From contig OX597823.1 in NCBI GenBank assembly GCA_951406725.2, positions 34,410,001-34,474,000 of the forward strand: a stretch of DNA of 64,000 nucleotides, in the 5' to 3' direction. This stretch comes from Octopus vulgaris. Lineage: Eukaryota. Numbering within the stretch: position 1 is the first letter of the stretch; the number at the start of each line of letters is the position of its first letter. Positions 12,853-26,180 of this stretch are shown here, piece after piece. A program made the translations under genes and the position numbers. The notes under the pieces were generated by a model that had not been told where the DNA came from, did not search any database, and was given only the letters and a program-made list of their open reading frames with translations.

Positions 12853-13041
12853 ATGGCTACTACTGTTTTATCTGGAAGACAAACAAATAGTTCGAAGCGA
12901 TCTAAACATAAAAAAGACAAGCTTGTTACTGATACTGGCGCAGCAGACAAGAACGTACATATTGATCATCTGTTTTCAGTGGAACGTAAAGAAAATGACT
13001 GTCCCAGTGAACAAATGGAGATTTTTACGGAAACCGAGATG
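12853..13041 (+). CDS. candidate first coding exon of an unidentified host gene (exon ~12731-13041)
   Basis: Long pyrimidine tract and AG at 12729-12730. Kozak accATGg at 12853. 63 open codons MATTVLSGRQ...EIFTETEM. Phase-0 donor ATG|GTAGGT. Sequence is non-repetitive. Confidence 0.55.
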
Positions 13042-13682
13042 GTAGGTGGCATTACATTATAAATCTACACACCACATGTATATATGTAATCACAATAGAA
13101 CTAGATGGTTAAGATGTTTACTTTCTAACCACGATGTCCCAGGGCTTGGCATCTTGGCCAAATATCATTTTCTGTAGCCTCAGGTTGACCCATACCTTGT
13201 GAATGAAATTGGGTGAATGGAAACTGCAAGGAAGCCTGTCTAGGCAACTGCATCTGTAATTTAAAAGGTACAACCTTGCTATACCCCGAGCCACAATGAT
13301 TCTGCCTGAAAGTTATGCTAACATAAAAGAGTAAAAGAGTAGCAATGCATGTCTTCTGTGGAAAACCCAGCCACTTATATCCTAATTCAGGAGCAGGTAA
13401 TTTGGTAGATCAAACAATTGAATCCCCATCATCAAACAACAGATTCACCACACACACATACACACATATGTATATGTGCGTGTGTGTATGTGTGTGTGTG
13501 TGTGTATGTGTGTGTGTGTGCAATAACTTTTTTTGCCATGATAACATGGCTGTTGTATAAAGAATAATGTTACTACATTTTAATTCCAGGAAAACGTCTT
13601 TTCCAGCTGGTTAATGACACACAACCTGTGTCCACTATATTATGAGTAAGGGAGCAAATCACTCCCTTCCAGCTTGGAAATA

Positions 13683-13726
13683 CCAGTAGACTATGGTTTC
13701 TGGGTTTTACCTTTCATCGGTACTGG
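13683..13726 (-). ncRNA. minimal type I hammerhead-like motif
   Basis: Minus strand reads ccagta-CCGATGA-a-aggt aaa accc-a-GAAA-ccatag-TC-tactgg, with a 6-bp stem I. Confidence 0.75.
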
Positions 13727-13853
13727 ATAGCTGCCTGCTAGAGGTGGCAGTCAATCATCCCTACTCACAATATATGAACAGAGAAGTGGCAGACAGCCAC
13801 TGATCTCGTAACGAGCAAAACAGTTAGTTTTAACCCCAGGAAAACGTCTTTTG

Positions 13854-13896
13854 CAGTACCAGTGAAGGATAAAGTCCCAGAGACCATGGTCTACTG
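13854..13896 (+). ncRNA. degenerate hammerhead-like motif (right arm)
   Basis: cagta-ccagtga-a-ggat aaa gtcc-ca-gaga-ccatgg-TC-tactg. Confidence 0.55.
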
Positions 13897-14136
13897 GTCT
13901 TGCTAAGTTGGAGGGGAGTGAATCGCTCCCTTACTCACAATATATTCGACACAGGTTGGGTGAGGTTAAGCAGCTGGAAAAGATGTTTTCCTGGGGTTAA
14001 AAAGTAGTAACATTATTCTTTGTAGAACAGCCATGTTTTAGTGACGAAAAAACATTACCGTCCACTATTGTTACTACTTATATCCCATTTACAGATTTTA
14101 AAACTACCTATTTTGCTTGGGTGAGTGTGTATATAT

Positions 14137-14200
<64 letters not shown>

Positions 14201-14807
14201 ATATATATGCATCATAAACAAATATTCAAAACACAGAAAACTAGTAACAGGAAGAGTGTTTATATTGTCATGTTTTATTGATATGGTTTTCTTTATATAA
14301 AAAATTTATGCATTATCGAATTGTATGTTGTGAGGCAAGAGAACATACATAGATGAGTGTGTGTGTGAGTGTGCGTGTTTATGCTTACTGTCTACAAAAA
14401 AACAGTTTCTCTATTGTAAACATTAACATGATGAATACATGTACACACACACTCACTCACTCACTCACACAACATTCATACACACGCATACACAATGCAC
14501 ACTTTATGCATAAAGGTTTTACATTTTAATGAGAAAAAAATCTACTGTGATAAATAAACTCTGTTGTCTTTTTTTTTCACACAAATAAATTTAATCCTTT
14601 TCCGTCCCATTAAAATGTAAAAGTAAGAAGAAGAGAGCCAGAAGAAAGTGATCCGAAGGATGTCGAGGTGATTGTTACACAACAAGGATATACAGGGACT
14701 GAGAGTTAAGCCACAAAATAGATCTGACCAAAATTTTAAATCTGATTAAAAAAAAAAAAAAAAAAGAAAAACAACAGCAGAAAAGAAAAACAACAGCAGA
14801 AAAGAAA

Positions 14808-15200
14808 CAGTGGCTGTGTGGTAAGAAGCTTGGTTCCGGGTTCAATCCCACAGCATGGCACCTTGGGCAAGTGTTTTCTACTATAGCCTCAGGTTGACCA
14901 AAGCCTTGTGAGTTAATTTGGTAGACAGAAACTGAAAGAAGCCTGTCATGTGTATATATATGTGTGTGTATGTGTGTATTTACGTGTGTGTATCTTTGTG
15001 TCTGTGTTTGTCCCCCAACCATTGCTTGACAACTGATGTTTGCGTGGTTTATGTCCCCGAAACTTAGCAGTTCGGCAAAAGAGACTGAAAGAATAAGTAC
15101 TAGGCTTACAAAGAATAAGTCCTTAGACTCATTTGTTCGACTAAAGGCAGTGCTCCAGCATTGCCACTGTCAAATGACTGAAATGTGTAAACGAGTCAAA
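14808..15200 (+). mobile_element. SINE family A
   Basis: Colinear with the reverse complement of 10750-11170. Confidence 0.85.
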
Positions 15201-16037
15201 GAGCAAATGTTTTCAATCAAATTCCCTAACATACACATGTTTATTCAAATGCACATATATATACACATACATAATATACCTTTATACCAATACACAAACA
15301 CACACACACCTATGTATCTCCATTACAGCAAGACACTTGTTCCTCTCCCTCTGTCATAGTATAACTTCTCCTCACCTGGCATTAAGCCACTTCCCTCAAT
15401 GTTACACCTCAACCAGGGCCACATAAAAAAACACTTTATGGACCTGTAAATCAGGATTAGGAAAGGAGTCTGGGCAAACTATCCAGCAGATCTTGAGTGA
15501 TATGATGATGATGATGGTGGTGGTGGTGGTGGTGGTGGTATATTCCATCCAACCAAATAATTATGTTTACTGTTTACATAATTGCTTACATAATTATTTA
15601 TCATGTAGTTTTGTAGTAGAACTAATGAGTTTGTCTTGTTTCAAGGGCAAAAATGTTCAAGCTCTTTGGATCCAATCCTTCGAAATATTTTCTTATTATT
15701 AGACAAGTCTATAAAATGCATCTCACGTTGATGCCAATTTTGAATATTGGTTTCAGTATATTTCTTATAAAATTCTGCTATTTATGACACTATGGTTGTA
15801 AAATATGACATTATGATCATTGCCAGGTGTTGCCATTGAGTCAGACATGGCCTAGGCCTATACTGGCCAAAACATATCAAAGTTATCGAAGTTATTCTAA
15901 TGTTTGCAGCAATTTGATTAATTATTGATTCAAGTAGCTGTTGCACAGACAAATTGTTTCGTTAATTGTTTGTTATGAAATGTATTTTGATCACCTGTTA
16001 GCATACAATATGTCTACGTGTATATATTCATGTATAA

Positions 16038-16275
<238 letters not shown>

Positions 16276-16589
16276 TTATCTATAATATAAATTGGACATG
16301 AGTGATCTTTGTATTCTTTTTTGTCTTGAGATTCACAGCCAAATGGCAAAACCTTCGCGATACTGTCTCTCTTCTTTCACCTCTTTGTGGGGTTAATAAC
16401 CTTAATCTTTAGTTACAGTTTCTCATTCAAACTACACAATAGGCAGAATTGTCGGATTAAGACAGTATGATGTTTTGAGGGAGATTTGGCTGCTATTTCA
16501 ACGAGGTCTAGCTACCATGTAGGAGTCTGAACTTAGTTTTCATTCACATATGCCTAACTGAAAACGATCACAGCCACATCATCCAAACA

Positions 16590-16620
16590 GACCGGGTGAA
16601 ACTGGGCTTAGCTGCTAGTA
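16590..16620 (+). mobile_element. Helitron-like 3' end
   Basis: Subterminal hairpin ccgggtgaaactggg followed by CTAG|T. Confidence 0.45.
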
Positions 16621-16627
16621 TAAATAT

Positions 16628-16790
16628 GATGAGCTTCTTTCAGTTTCTGTCTACCAAATCCACTCACAAGACCTTGGTTGGCCCAAGACTATAGTAGAAG
16701 ACACTTGCTCAAGGTCTCATGCAGTGGGACTGAACCCAGAACACTGTGGTTGGTAAGCAAGCTAGTTACCACACAGCCACATCTGTGTCT
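16628..16790 (-). mobile_element. SINE family A, 5' half
   Basis: Matches the head and CORE-like region of family A. Confidence 0.8.
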
Positions 16791-16846
16791 ATACATACAT
16801 ACATACATACATACATACATACACACATATTCTTAAGAGGCCATTT

Positions 16847-16957
16847 ATCACCTGATGAGATGAGATACACCTGCACCACCGGATGCTCCTGGACCAGTTG
16901 TTAAGTGTCCCATACAAGAGGAAACGATGCTCGATGTGTCAAAACAATTGTCATGAT
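16847..16957 (+). ncRNA. degenerate type I hammerhead-like motif with a large stem II insert
   Basis: atcac-CTGATGA-gatga-gataca...tgtgtc-AAAA-caattg-TC-atgat. Two of the defects are consistent with CpG decay. Lies between microsatellites. Confidence 0.55.
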
Positions 16958-17358
16958 TAATAATAAATTCTTGTATATTCCATCTTCTGTCTTTCATTTG
17001 CTATATATATATATATATACACACACACACATACACACACACACGCACGCACACACACACACACACGCGCGCACTCTCACACACACACATATGTATGTGT
17101 GAATGTATGTGTGTTTGCGTGTATAAAAAAAGAGACCTAAGTTCATAAGGCAGGAATTACAGATTCAGTGACGTGTGTGTATTTCCTTCAGAAGATATTT
17201 AGGACACTAGGATTCCTCATTTTGTCAAGCTGAGCAGATAGAAATTATGTGAAATAAAATGGCTTGTGCAAAAACATAATGCAATGTCCAGTCAAGGAAT
17301 TGAAACCACAATTTTACATTCATGAGTGCAACACCTTAATCAGTAAGCCATGTGCCCC

Positions 17359-17394
<36 letters not shown>

Positions 17395-17410
17395 TGAGTG
17401 TGTGCGTGCA

Positions 17411-17457
<47 letters not shown>

Positions 17458-17466
17458 GTGTGTATA

Positions 17467-18015
17467 TATTGGGTTCTCCAGAAAGTTCTGAGCATTTTTT
17501 AAGATGCAAAAAAGGATATACTTCATGAACAGTACTTTTAGACACTTCCAACTCCTCTGCAAGTTCTCTAGTCGTGGTATTTGAGTTTTCTTTGAATTTT
17601 GTATTCAAAATATCTTCATCCAGCTTTGAAGGTCTTCCACTGCGACTGTCATCTTCCAAGCTAAACTCTCCACCTTTAAGTTTCACAAACCACCTTCAAA
17701 CACTTGATTCACCTACAGCATCATCATCACCAGAAACTTCACAAATGTTTTTGCAAGTTTCTGCAGCATTTTCTCCCTTTTTTAGTAAAGAAAAGCATTA
17801 AAACACAAATATGAAATTTTTGGTTTTCCATTTCAAATGTCAATAAAGAGTAACCAGAATGAAAAATAAATCTATTTTTAGTCAGAAACAAAGAAGAGAT
17901 GAACTACCACATCAAACAACACCAAAGTTTTAATTGTGTTACGTTTCAGGTGTGTTCAATAAAGCGCTAAAAGATTTAGCTTAAAAGTGCTCAGAACTTT
18001 CCAGATAACATAATA
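17467..18015 (-). mobile_element. internally deleted mariner element
   Basis: Imperfect ~28-bp TIRs (tattgggttctccagaaagttctgagca / tgctcagaactttccagataacataata). Minus-strand peptide LEDDSRSGRPSKLDEDIL...TTRELAEELEVSKSTVHE is the mariner HTH region. Confidence 0.85.
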
Positions 18016-18032
18016 TATATATATATATATAT

Positions 18033-18681
<649 letters not shown>

Positions 18682-18695
<14 letters not shown>

Positions 18696-19170
18696 AAATG
18701 AAGAAAATGCTGACAAAATAATTTAAGTAAGGGAGAGTGTATTTAATTAGGTGAAAGTTCTTTTTACCGGTTGCGCATTTGTTATGCTTATCAAAAGATA
18801 TTTTTTAAGAGAGATAGAGTTCCTTTCTGATAGATTTTTTTCTCTTATCTGACTTTATGTTGGGTTTGCTGTCTCTTATACATGAAAAAAGAGGCTCCAG
18901 AGTTGTTTAATCTTAAACAACTCTGGAGCCTTTTTTCACATATAAGAGACAGCAAACCCAACATAAAGTCAGATAAGAGAAAAAAATCTATCAGAAAGGA
19001 ACTCTATCTCTCTTTAAAAAATATCTTTTGATAAGCATAACAAATGTGCAACCGGTAAAAAGAACTTTCACCTAATTAAATACACTCTCCCTTACTTAAA
19101 TTATTTTGTCAGCATTTTCTTCATTTCCTTTTTTATATATCACAACTCGTGTTCCACATCTCCTTTTTTA
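18682..19170. mobile_element. foldback element 5: near-perfect ~460-bp palindrome plus short tail, within (TA)n
   Basis: Arms 18682-18910 and 18913-19140 around a 2-nt apex (tc), with only a few mismatches. Confidence 0.9.
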
Positions 19171-19192
19171 AATATATATATATATATATATA

Positions 19193-21460
19193 TGGGAGAG
19201 AGAGAGTCTGTCGAATGTCGACCCAACAGAGGGACCTGCTATCCAAGTTGACAATACCTTGGTAAATAAAGCAATTAAGAGTATTAAGACAGGGAAAGCT
19301 CCTGGCCCATCAGGAATTACTGCAGAGATGCTCAAAATCTCTGGCAGTGTCGGCTATAGCCTAGTCAACCGTGTAGTTAACCAGGTGATACACGAAGGAG
19401 TCATACACAAAGACTGGTGTAACAGCATAATAGTCAACTGCTACAAAGAAAAAGGTGACGCTTTAGATACAAATAATTACAGAGGTATCAAGTTGTTAGA
19501 TCAGGTAATGAAGGTTATGGAAAGGGTCATAACCCAACTAATTAGGGAGAGAGTCAGTTTAGATGAGATGCAGTTTGGGTTCATGCCAGGCAAAAGCACC
19601 ACTGATGCTATATTTCTGGTAAGACAGGTGCAGGAGAAATACCTAGCCAAAGATAAACCTCTGTACCTGGCTTTTGTTGACATGGAGAAAGCCTTTGACA
19701 GGGTCCCCCGATCCCTTATCTGGTGGTCAATGAGGTAAGTAGGGATAGATGAATGGTTAGTGAGAGCTGTGCAAGCCATGTACAGGAATGCTGTCAGTAA
19801 GGTGAGGGTTGGCAACGAGTAGAGGTAGGGTCTCCACCAAGGTTCAGTCCTTAGCCCCCTCCTATTTATCATAGTCCTCCAGGCAATAACGGAAGAATTC
19901 AAGACAAGATGCCCCTGGGAGCTCCTCTATGCTGACGACCTTGCTCTAATTGCTGAGTCATTATCAGAACTAGAGAAGTTTCAGTTGTGGAAACAAGGAT
20001 TAGAATCGAAGGTACTTAGAGACAACCTAACTAAAACCACAGTCCTAATAAGTAGGAAGGCAGGCAAACCACAAATCCCTTCAGGTAGATGGCCCTGCTT
20101 GATCTGTGGAAAAGGAGTAGGTAGAAACTCTATAAGATGTACCCAGTGTAAGCTATCGGCACATAAGAGGTGCAGCAATGTCAAAGGAAGGCTAACTGGG
20201 AAGATAGTTTTTGTATGTGACAGATGCTCGGGAGCAATAAACACTGAAAATATGTAGAGAACAACTTCCGTCACATTCCAGGGAGAAAAACTAGAAGTAG
20301 TTGATAGCTTCCGTTACCTAGGTGACCAAGTCAGTAGTCAGGAGGGTGCACTGAAAGTGTAGCTACTAGAATAAGAATAGCCTGGGCAAAGTTCCAAGAG
20401 CTCTTACCTCTGCTGGTGACAAGGGGCCTCTCGCTCAGAGTAAAAGGTAGACTGTATGACACATGTGTACGAACAGCCATGCTACATGGCAGTGAAACAT
20501 GGGCTGTGACTGCTGAGAACATGCATAAGCTCGCAAGAAATGAAGCCAGTATGATCCAATGGATGTGTAATGTCAGTGTGCATACTCAAAAGAGTGTAAA
20601 TACCTTGAAAGAAAAGTTGGATCTAAGAAGCATCAGATGTGGTGTGCAAGAGAGACGACTGCGCTGGTATGGTTATGTGGCAAGAATGGATGAGGATAGC
20701 TGTGTGAAAAAGTGCCACACCCTAGAGGTTGAGGGAATCTGTGGAAGAGGTATACCCAGGAAGACCTGGGATGAAGTGGTGAAGCACGACCTTCGAACAT
20801 TAGGCCTTACCGAGGAAATGACTAGTGACCGGGACCTTTGGAAATATACTGTGCTCAAGAAGACTCAGCAAGCTCCAGTGAGACCATAACCTTGTGTCCT
20901 ATACCAGGTGTGTAACCAGCCCACTTATGCATACCTTTCCTTCATTAGCGTACTAAACTCTGCTTGCGAAGACCTGTTGAGGCAAGTGAAATCGAAATTG
21001 AAATCAAATTTGATGACTGGCATTCGTGCTAGTGGAGCGCTAAGAGTACCATACGAGTGTGATCATTGCCAGAGCAACAAGCTGGCCTCTGTGCTGATGG
21101 CACGTAAAAAGCACCATTCAAGTGTGATTGTTACCTACATCACCTTACTGGCACTTGTGCTGGTGGCACGTGAAAAAAAATTCAAGCGAGGTCGTTGCCA
21201 GTGCTACTGGACTGGCTCCTGTGCAGGTGGCACATAAAAATCCACTGCCAGTATCGCTTAACTGGCCCTCGTGCCGGTGGCACGTAAAAGCACCCACTAC
21301 ACTCTCAGAGTGGTTGGTGTTAGGAAGGGCATCAAGTTGTAGAAACTCTGCCAGATCAGATTGGAGACTAGTGCAGCCATCTGATTTGCCAGACCTCTGT
21401 GAAATCGTCCAAACCATGCTAGCATGGAAAGCAGATGTCAAACGATGATGATGATGATGA
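19193..21460 (+). mobile_element. 5'-truncated RTE-clade LINE with PHD-like finger and a long tandem-unit 3' UTR
   Basis: KAPGPSGITAEMLK, QFGFMPGKSTTDAIF, AFVDMEKAFDRV, LHQGSVLSP, LYADD, RRLRWYG and PRKTW motifs. Several stops and frameshifts. (GAT)n tail. Confidence 0.92.
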
Positions 21461-23237
21461 TATATATATATATATAGAGAGAGAGAGGGAGGGAGAGAGA
21501 GTGTGAATGTGTGTGTGTGTGTGTGTGTGAGGGGAAAAGAGGAGAGAAGAAGGAGCGGTAGCTTCCAAAATTTAGTCTGGGTCAAATACTGGGGAGCAGT
21601 ACACACGGGTAAAGACCTGTAATGATGGTGCCCCAGCATTGTTGCAGTCCAAACAATGGCAACACACCCAAACAAGAAAAGAATACGCTGACATGGCTAC
21701 AAATGCCAGGTGTTGTTTATGTGTTACCTGATCTTGTCACTTCATTAGAAACCAAATCATAATCTGTCGTCAATATCAAATCTAATTAAATCTGTATTTC
21801 TTTTGAGTCAACACATCTAACAATGGAGGGACAGGTGTCACCAAATGAAACAGAAGCAGGGACAGGCCTTTAGTTTCTCTATTTTGGACAGCAGAGGAGG
21901 AAAGCTAATGTCAGGAGTTTAAACTAAAAAGCAAATCTTATAGGATACTAAGTCAGGCAGTGTTCTACTGGCCCCTCTGTATCCCCTTGCCAGGTAGATT
22001 TTAGTGAAGAATAATAACATGCAAACACAGATGCAAACACACAAACACACACACATGTACATACGCATGCATGCACACACAAACACACACACACACACAT
22101 ATGTATGTTTGCATCTATACATACACATATATAAATATATGTATCTCAATAGGGTTAAATGTGGTGTTTAAGAAGATATTAAGTATTAATTTTCATATCA
22201 AGGCATGAAACAATGTGATCAATGTGTTGGGCTCATAATCACAAGTGTGGGTCTGTTTTCTGGCCTGGGTGACACTTTGTGTCCTCAAGCGCAACCCTTT
22301 GTTCCATGTTGCTTCAGACTATTCATCTAAAAATGAGTGCTTGGTACTCTTTCCCATCAGTGGTCACTTGCTAGCAAAGGCCTGGGAACAGGGGGTGCAG
22401 GGGATGCAAACGCACCCCGAAAAATTTTTAGCAGGTACAAAATCAAAATTTGTACCCCCTACATACTTTACCAGGTTTAGAAAATAGTGTATAAAAATTG
22501 ATCTGTAAAAAGTTGCTTGAAGTTAGGTTCCTTCTCAAAACAAGAACAAAAAAAATAATATAAAGTCCAAAATGTTAACTGGTGAAGCTGGTCATAAAAT
22601 TCCCAAGGGAATTCTCTATATTACTGAACTAAAGCATCGTCAACATCAAAATTCAAAGTATATATAGATAGCAACAGCAGCAACAACAACAGCATGACCA
22701 GCAGTATGGTCACTCTTCAAAACTAGCACAATTGATGACCTATTAAACTCTGCAATGAAAAGCCCTTCACTGTCCAGCTATCCACATTCTTCATTTTCTC
22801 TGAATACTACAACTGACCCATCATCATCATCATCATTATTGCCATAATATTCTACTGCTACAACCATAACCACAACTATTATCAAGCCTTTTTTCCCATC
22901 GCTGTCCACCTCGATTTCAATGTATACCTCACAGCTCTCTGATAAATCTGCCAACTGTAAATAAAATAAAATCTGTAAATGCATGACACCCCAAAATATG
23001 TCAGTTTTCTCAATGCAAGGGGCTATGCATATGCAGTAACTACAATTTCACTCATTTACCTGGGACAAAATATGCAATTCGTACAAGCAGCACCAGCCAA
23101 TGCCAAAACACACATCTTACGCTGCTGCCACTGTAGCAACCACCACCCTCTTCCACCAAATTGCTACCTTCTGTGCAATTTTTTACTCAATTTGTTTGTT
23201 TCACTGTGTGTGTGTGTATGTATACATATATATATAT

Positions 23238-23550
23238 ATGTGGAAGCGCAATGGCCCAGTGGTTAGGGCAGTGGACTCGCAGTTGTAGGATCGCGGTTTC
23301 GATTCCCAGACTGGGCATTGTAAGTGTTTATTGAGCGAAAACACCTAAAGCTCCACGAGGCTCCAGCAGGGGGTGGTGGCGACCCCTGCTGTACTCCTTC
23401 ACCACAACTTTCTCTCACTCTTTCTTCTGTTGGCCTGCTCGCTTAGCCAGTGGGGTGGCGTCATTTGAAGGCTAAAACAATGCGAAGCGCATTGTGACCA
23501 GCGATGTGTAGCAACATCTGATAGCCTGGTCAGTCACGGTGATCACGGTG
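23238..23550 (+). mobile_element. tRNA-derived SINE family C
   Basis: A box tggcccagtgg and B box ggtttcgattccc. GC-rich body flanked by (TA)n. Confidence 0.75.
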
Positions 23551-24049
23551 ATATATATATATATACATATATACTGCCTTCCAGTATACTGCCTTACATT
23601 TCTTCCTCTGTCCATCTCTGCCAACTACCTACTGTCTATCTTTATTCCCTTTTTTCTCCACACTACCTCCTTCAATGCCCTCACATATCTACTGCAACCC
23701 CTTCCACTCCCATGCCTCTCCTATATTTCTCTCCATCATTTGCTACAGTCCCCTCTATCCTGCCCACTCACCCAGCCCAAAACCTCTGTATCACTTCACC
23801 TATTCATACCACCCCCAAAATCACTTGATAGCATGTCCCCACTCATCTTCACCATCATCTCTCCCACTACCACTCTTCTTATCTTACTCTCTCACTATCA
23901 CTTTCCTTTCCAACTAGGGTATTCTTGCATCTACAGCAAGACTCCCATCTCTGTCCCTCTATACCTTTAATCTCTCAACTGGCACAAAGCCCCCAAAATG
24001 CTACTGCCCCCATCTGCCCAGCTGAGGGTTTTTTGCATTTCTTGTCTTT

Positions 24050-24284
24050 CGTCTCGTGTAAGGTACTTGGTGACCCTGCTGATGATGGTGCCACATGACA
24101 AGCACTGGTGCCAGTACCATGTAAAAAGCACGCAGTAAACCTTGTAAAGGGGTTGGCATTAGGAAGAGCATCTAATCATTGAAACCATTCCAAAACAGAC
24201 AATGAAGCCTGGTACAGTGCCTGACCTTACCAGCTGCTATCAAGTTATCCGAACCATGTCAACATGGAAAACAGACATTAAATT

Positions 24285-24300
<16 letters not shown>
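24050..24300 (+). mobile_element. diverged RTE 3' tail fragment
   Basis: ggtgccacatg...aaaagcac units, ggttggcattaggaag and (GAT)n tail. Confidence 0.65.
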
Positions 24301-24318
<18 letters not shown>

Positions 24319-24477
24319 CGATGAGGATGATGATAATGATGATGTTATACATACATGCATGCATACATCCATACATCCATACATACATACATGCATGCAT
24401 ACACACACACATACATACATACACGCATGCACACACACACACACATCCACACATACATACATACATACATACATACA

Positions 24478-24509
<32 letters not shown>

Positions 24510-26003
24510 CATGTCTAACATTATTTAACAATGTTATTAGCTTTAAGAAATATTTGTTTATCATCTACCTGTAAAGGAAACGTTGACCTGACAGAGATTA
24601 AAGAAACATTGGCAGTTAGTCAGTCATATTATAAATACCTGCTGATAAAACAATAGCCTTTGTGTTAGTGGCAGATTTAAGACAAAACAAAACATTGCAA
24701 CCAAAAATATGAGTTTTACATCCTATTGGTAATTCTCGTCACTGAACTACAATCAAACCTCAAATTCATACGACTGCTCTTTTCAAAAGCAGAATATTCT
24801 TTGAACATTTTTGATTAATGGTGAACTTTGTAGTATTCAGAGCCATGGCTTGAAAGCAATGAATGCATTGTTATAACATTAAATGTGGTTGCCTAAAAAT
24901 AAGAACATGATAATAGAACAGCTGTGTGATATTTTAGTCCGACGCTAATTGACAAAAATAGCAAGATCATGGAGAATACCAGAACAGCTGAGAACTTGCT
25001 ACTGTAGAGGAATTGTCAAATGGCCAGAACTTGAAGAATTATTATAGACATGTGGAAGGCCAAAGATGTTTGGGTTATTTCAGCATCTAGCAAAATGGCA
25101 ATTTACCGTTGAAGACTAAAATCAGCAAAGAGTGACTGGGATAATTTATTTTAGAGGACTGACATAATGGTGTGACAGATCTGTGAATAGAAATAGGTTA
25201 TATGTGAAAATTAGAATGAGAAAAACACAACAATTGTCCATGAAACGAACTTGTTAAGTTTTACTGTGTGATTAATACTAAAAAATGAAATAATTTAGAA
25301 CTTTTGAAGATAGCAGACATGGGTTCAGTCTTGCACATATTTGAAAAAGCATCAAACAAGATGATAGAATAAAAAGTTGTTAAATTTGCAATAAAGTATC
25401 TCACCATAACGAGACACTCCACTCTTTTTTTCTATATACTGCACAAGACAGTCATATAATATTTTTTTTAAAGAGAGTCATTATCTAAAGAAAGAATATC
25501 CACTGGAGTTTAGATGTAAGACAGAGGAATTAAACAACAAGTAAACTGGGGTTCAGATGTTAATGTTGGGATATTAAAGAAACTGACCTTATTAGTTTGG
25601 GGATAATAGTATTGACTTTGTTGAGGGTAAAGTTTGATGGTTGAGGACTCAGTGATAATTCCAGATCTTACTGATGACTGACAACTTTAAGAAGACTCAA
25701 TCAATAATCCATTTAAAGGATTCAGCAGAGAGGAATGGAACACATTTCAGATTTTGAAGTAACCCTAGCAGGACTGAGCAAGAATGGAGAAGGAAAAAGG
25801 AAGGAGAAAGTACTCCTTTATTACACAGATGTGTGAAGAAAGCAATTTTGGAAGGTGTAAATGAAGAGGTTGTATGAAAATCATTAACAAAATAATGTTC
25901 CTGGTGACAATGAATGATGATCCAAATTGTATTGCAGAGAAGTGAAGTGATAAAGAGCATGTGTATGTGTGTAGTGAGACCTAGGATTTGAACTCCGTTC
26001 TTT

Positions 26004-26180
26004 AAAAATAGAAATAATATATTTCTAAATCTCTCAGAGAGATTTATACAGTAGCAGCACAATAAAGTGATAGTATGTTGTCATCGTAATGTGACAGTCC
26101 CATGAAAGGGAAGACTGCTATTGTTATTTAACCCTGGGAAACACCGTTTCCTGTTGGACTTGACACATTTCCTGTGTTCA
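26004..26180 (-). mobile_element. second copy of the foldback-2 arm and tail
   Basis: Colinear with 6873-6990 and with the reverse complement of the right arm and tail up to 7353. Confidence 0.85.

Larger units (their letters stand above)
13520..14120. mobile_element. foldback element 3 (~205-bp arms plus right tail ending at (TA)n)
   Basis: 13520-13726 is inverted relative to 13854-14058. Arms are visibly diverged. Confidence 0.88.

Noticed and set aside
3874-14058. Foldbacks as assembly artefacts or classical MITEs
   Set aside because: The arms have diverged independently, one side has an unpaired tail, no transposase-type TIR/TSD is evident, and one family recurs elsewhere in the window.
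14624-14667. Possible micro-exon RRREPEESDPKDVE
   Set aside because: Weak acceptor and phase incompatible with the phase-0 donor at 13041.
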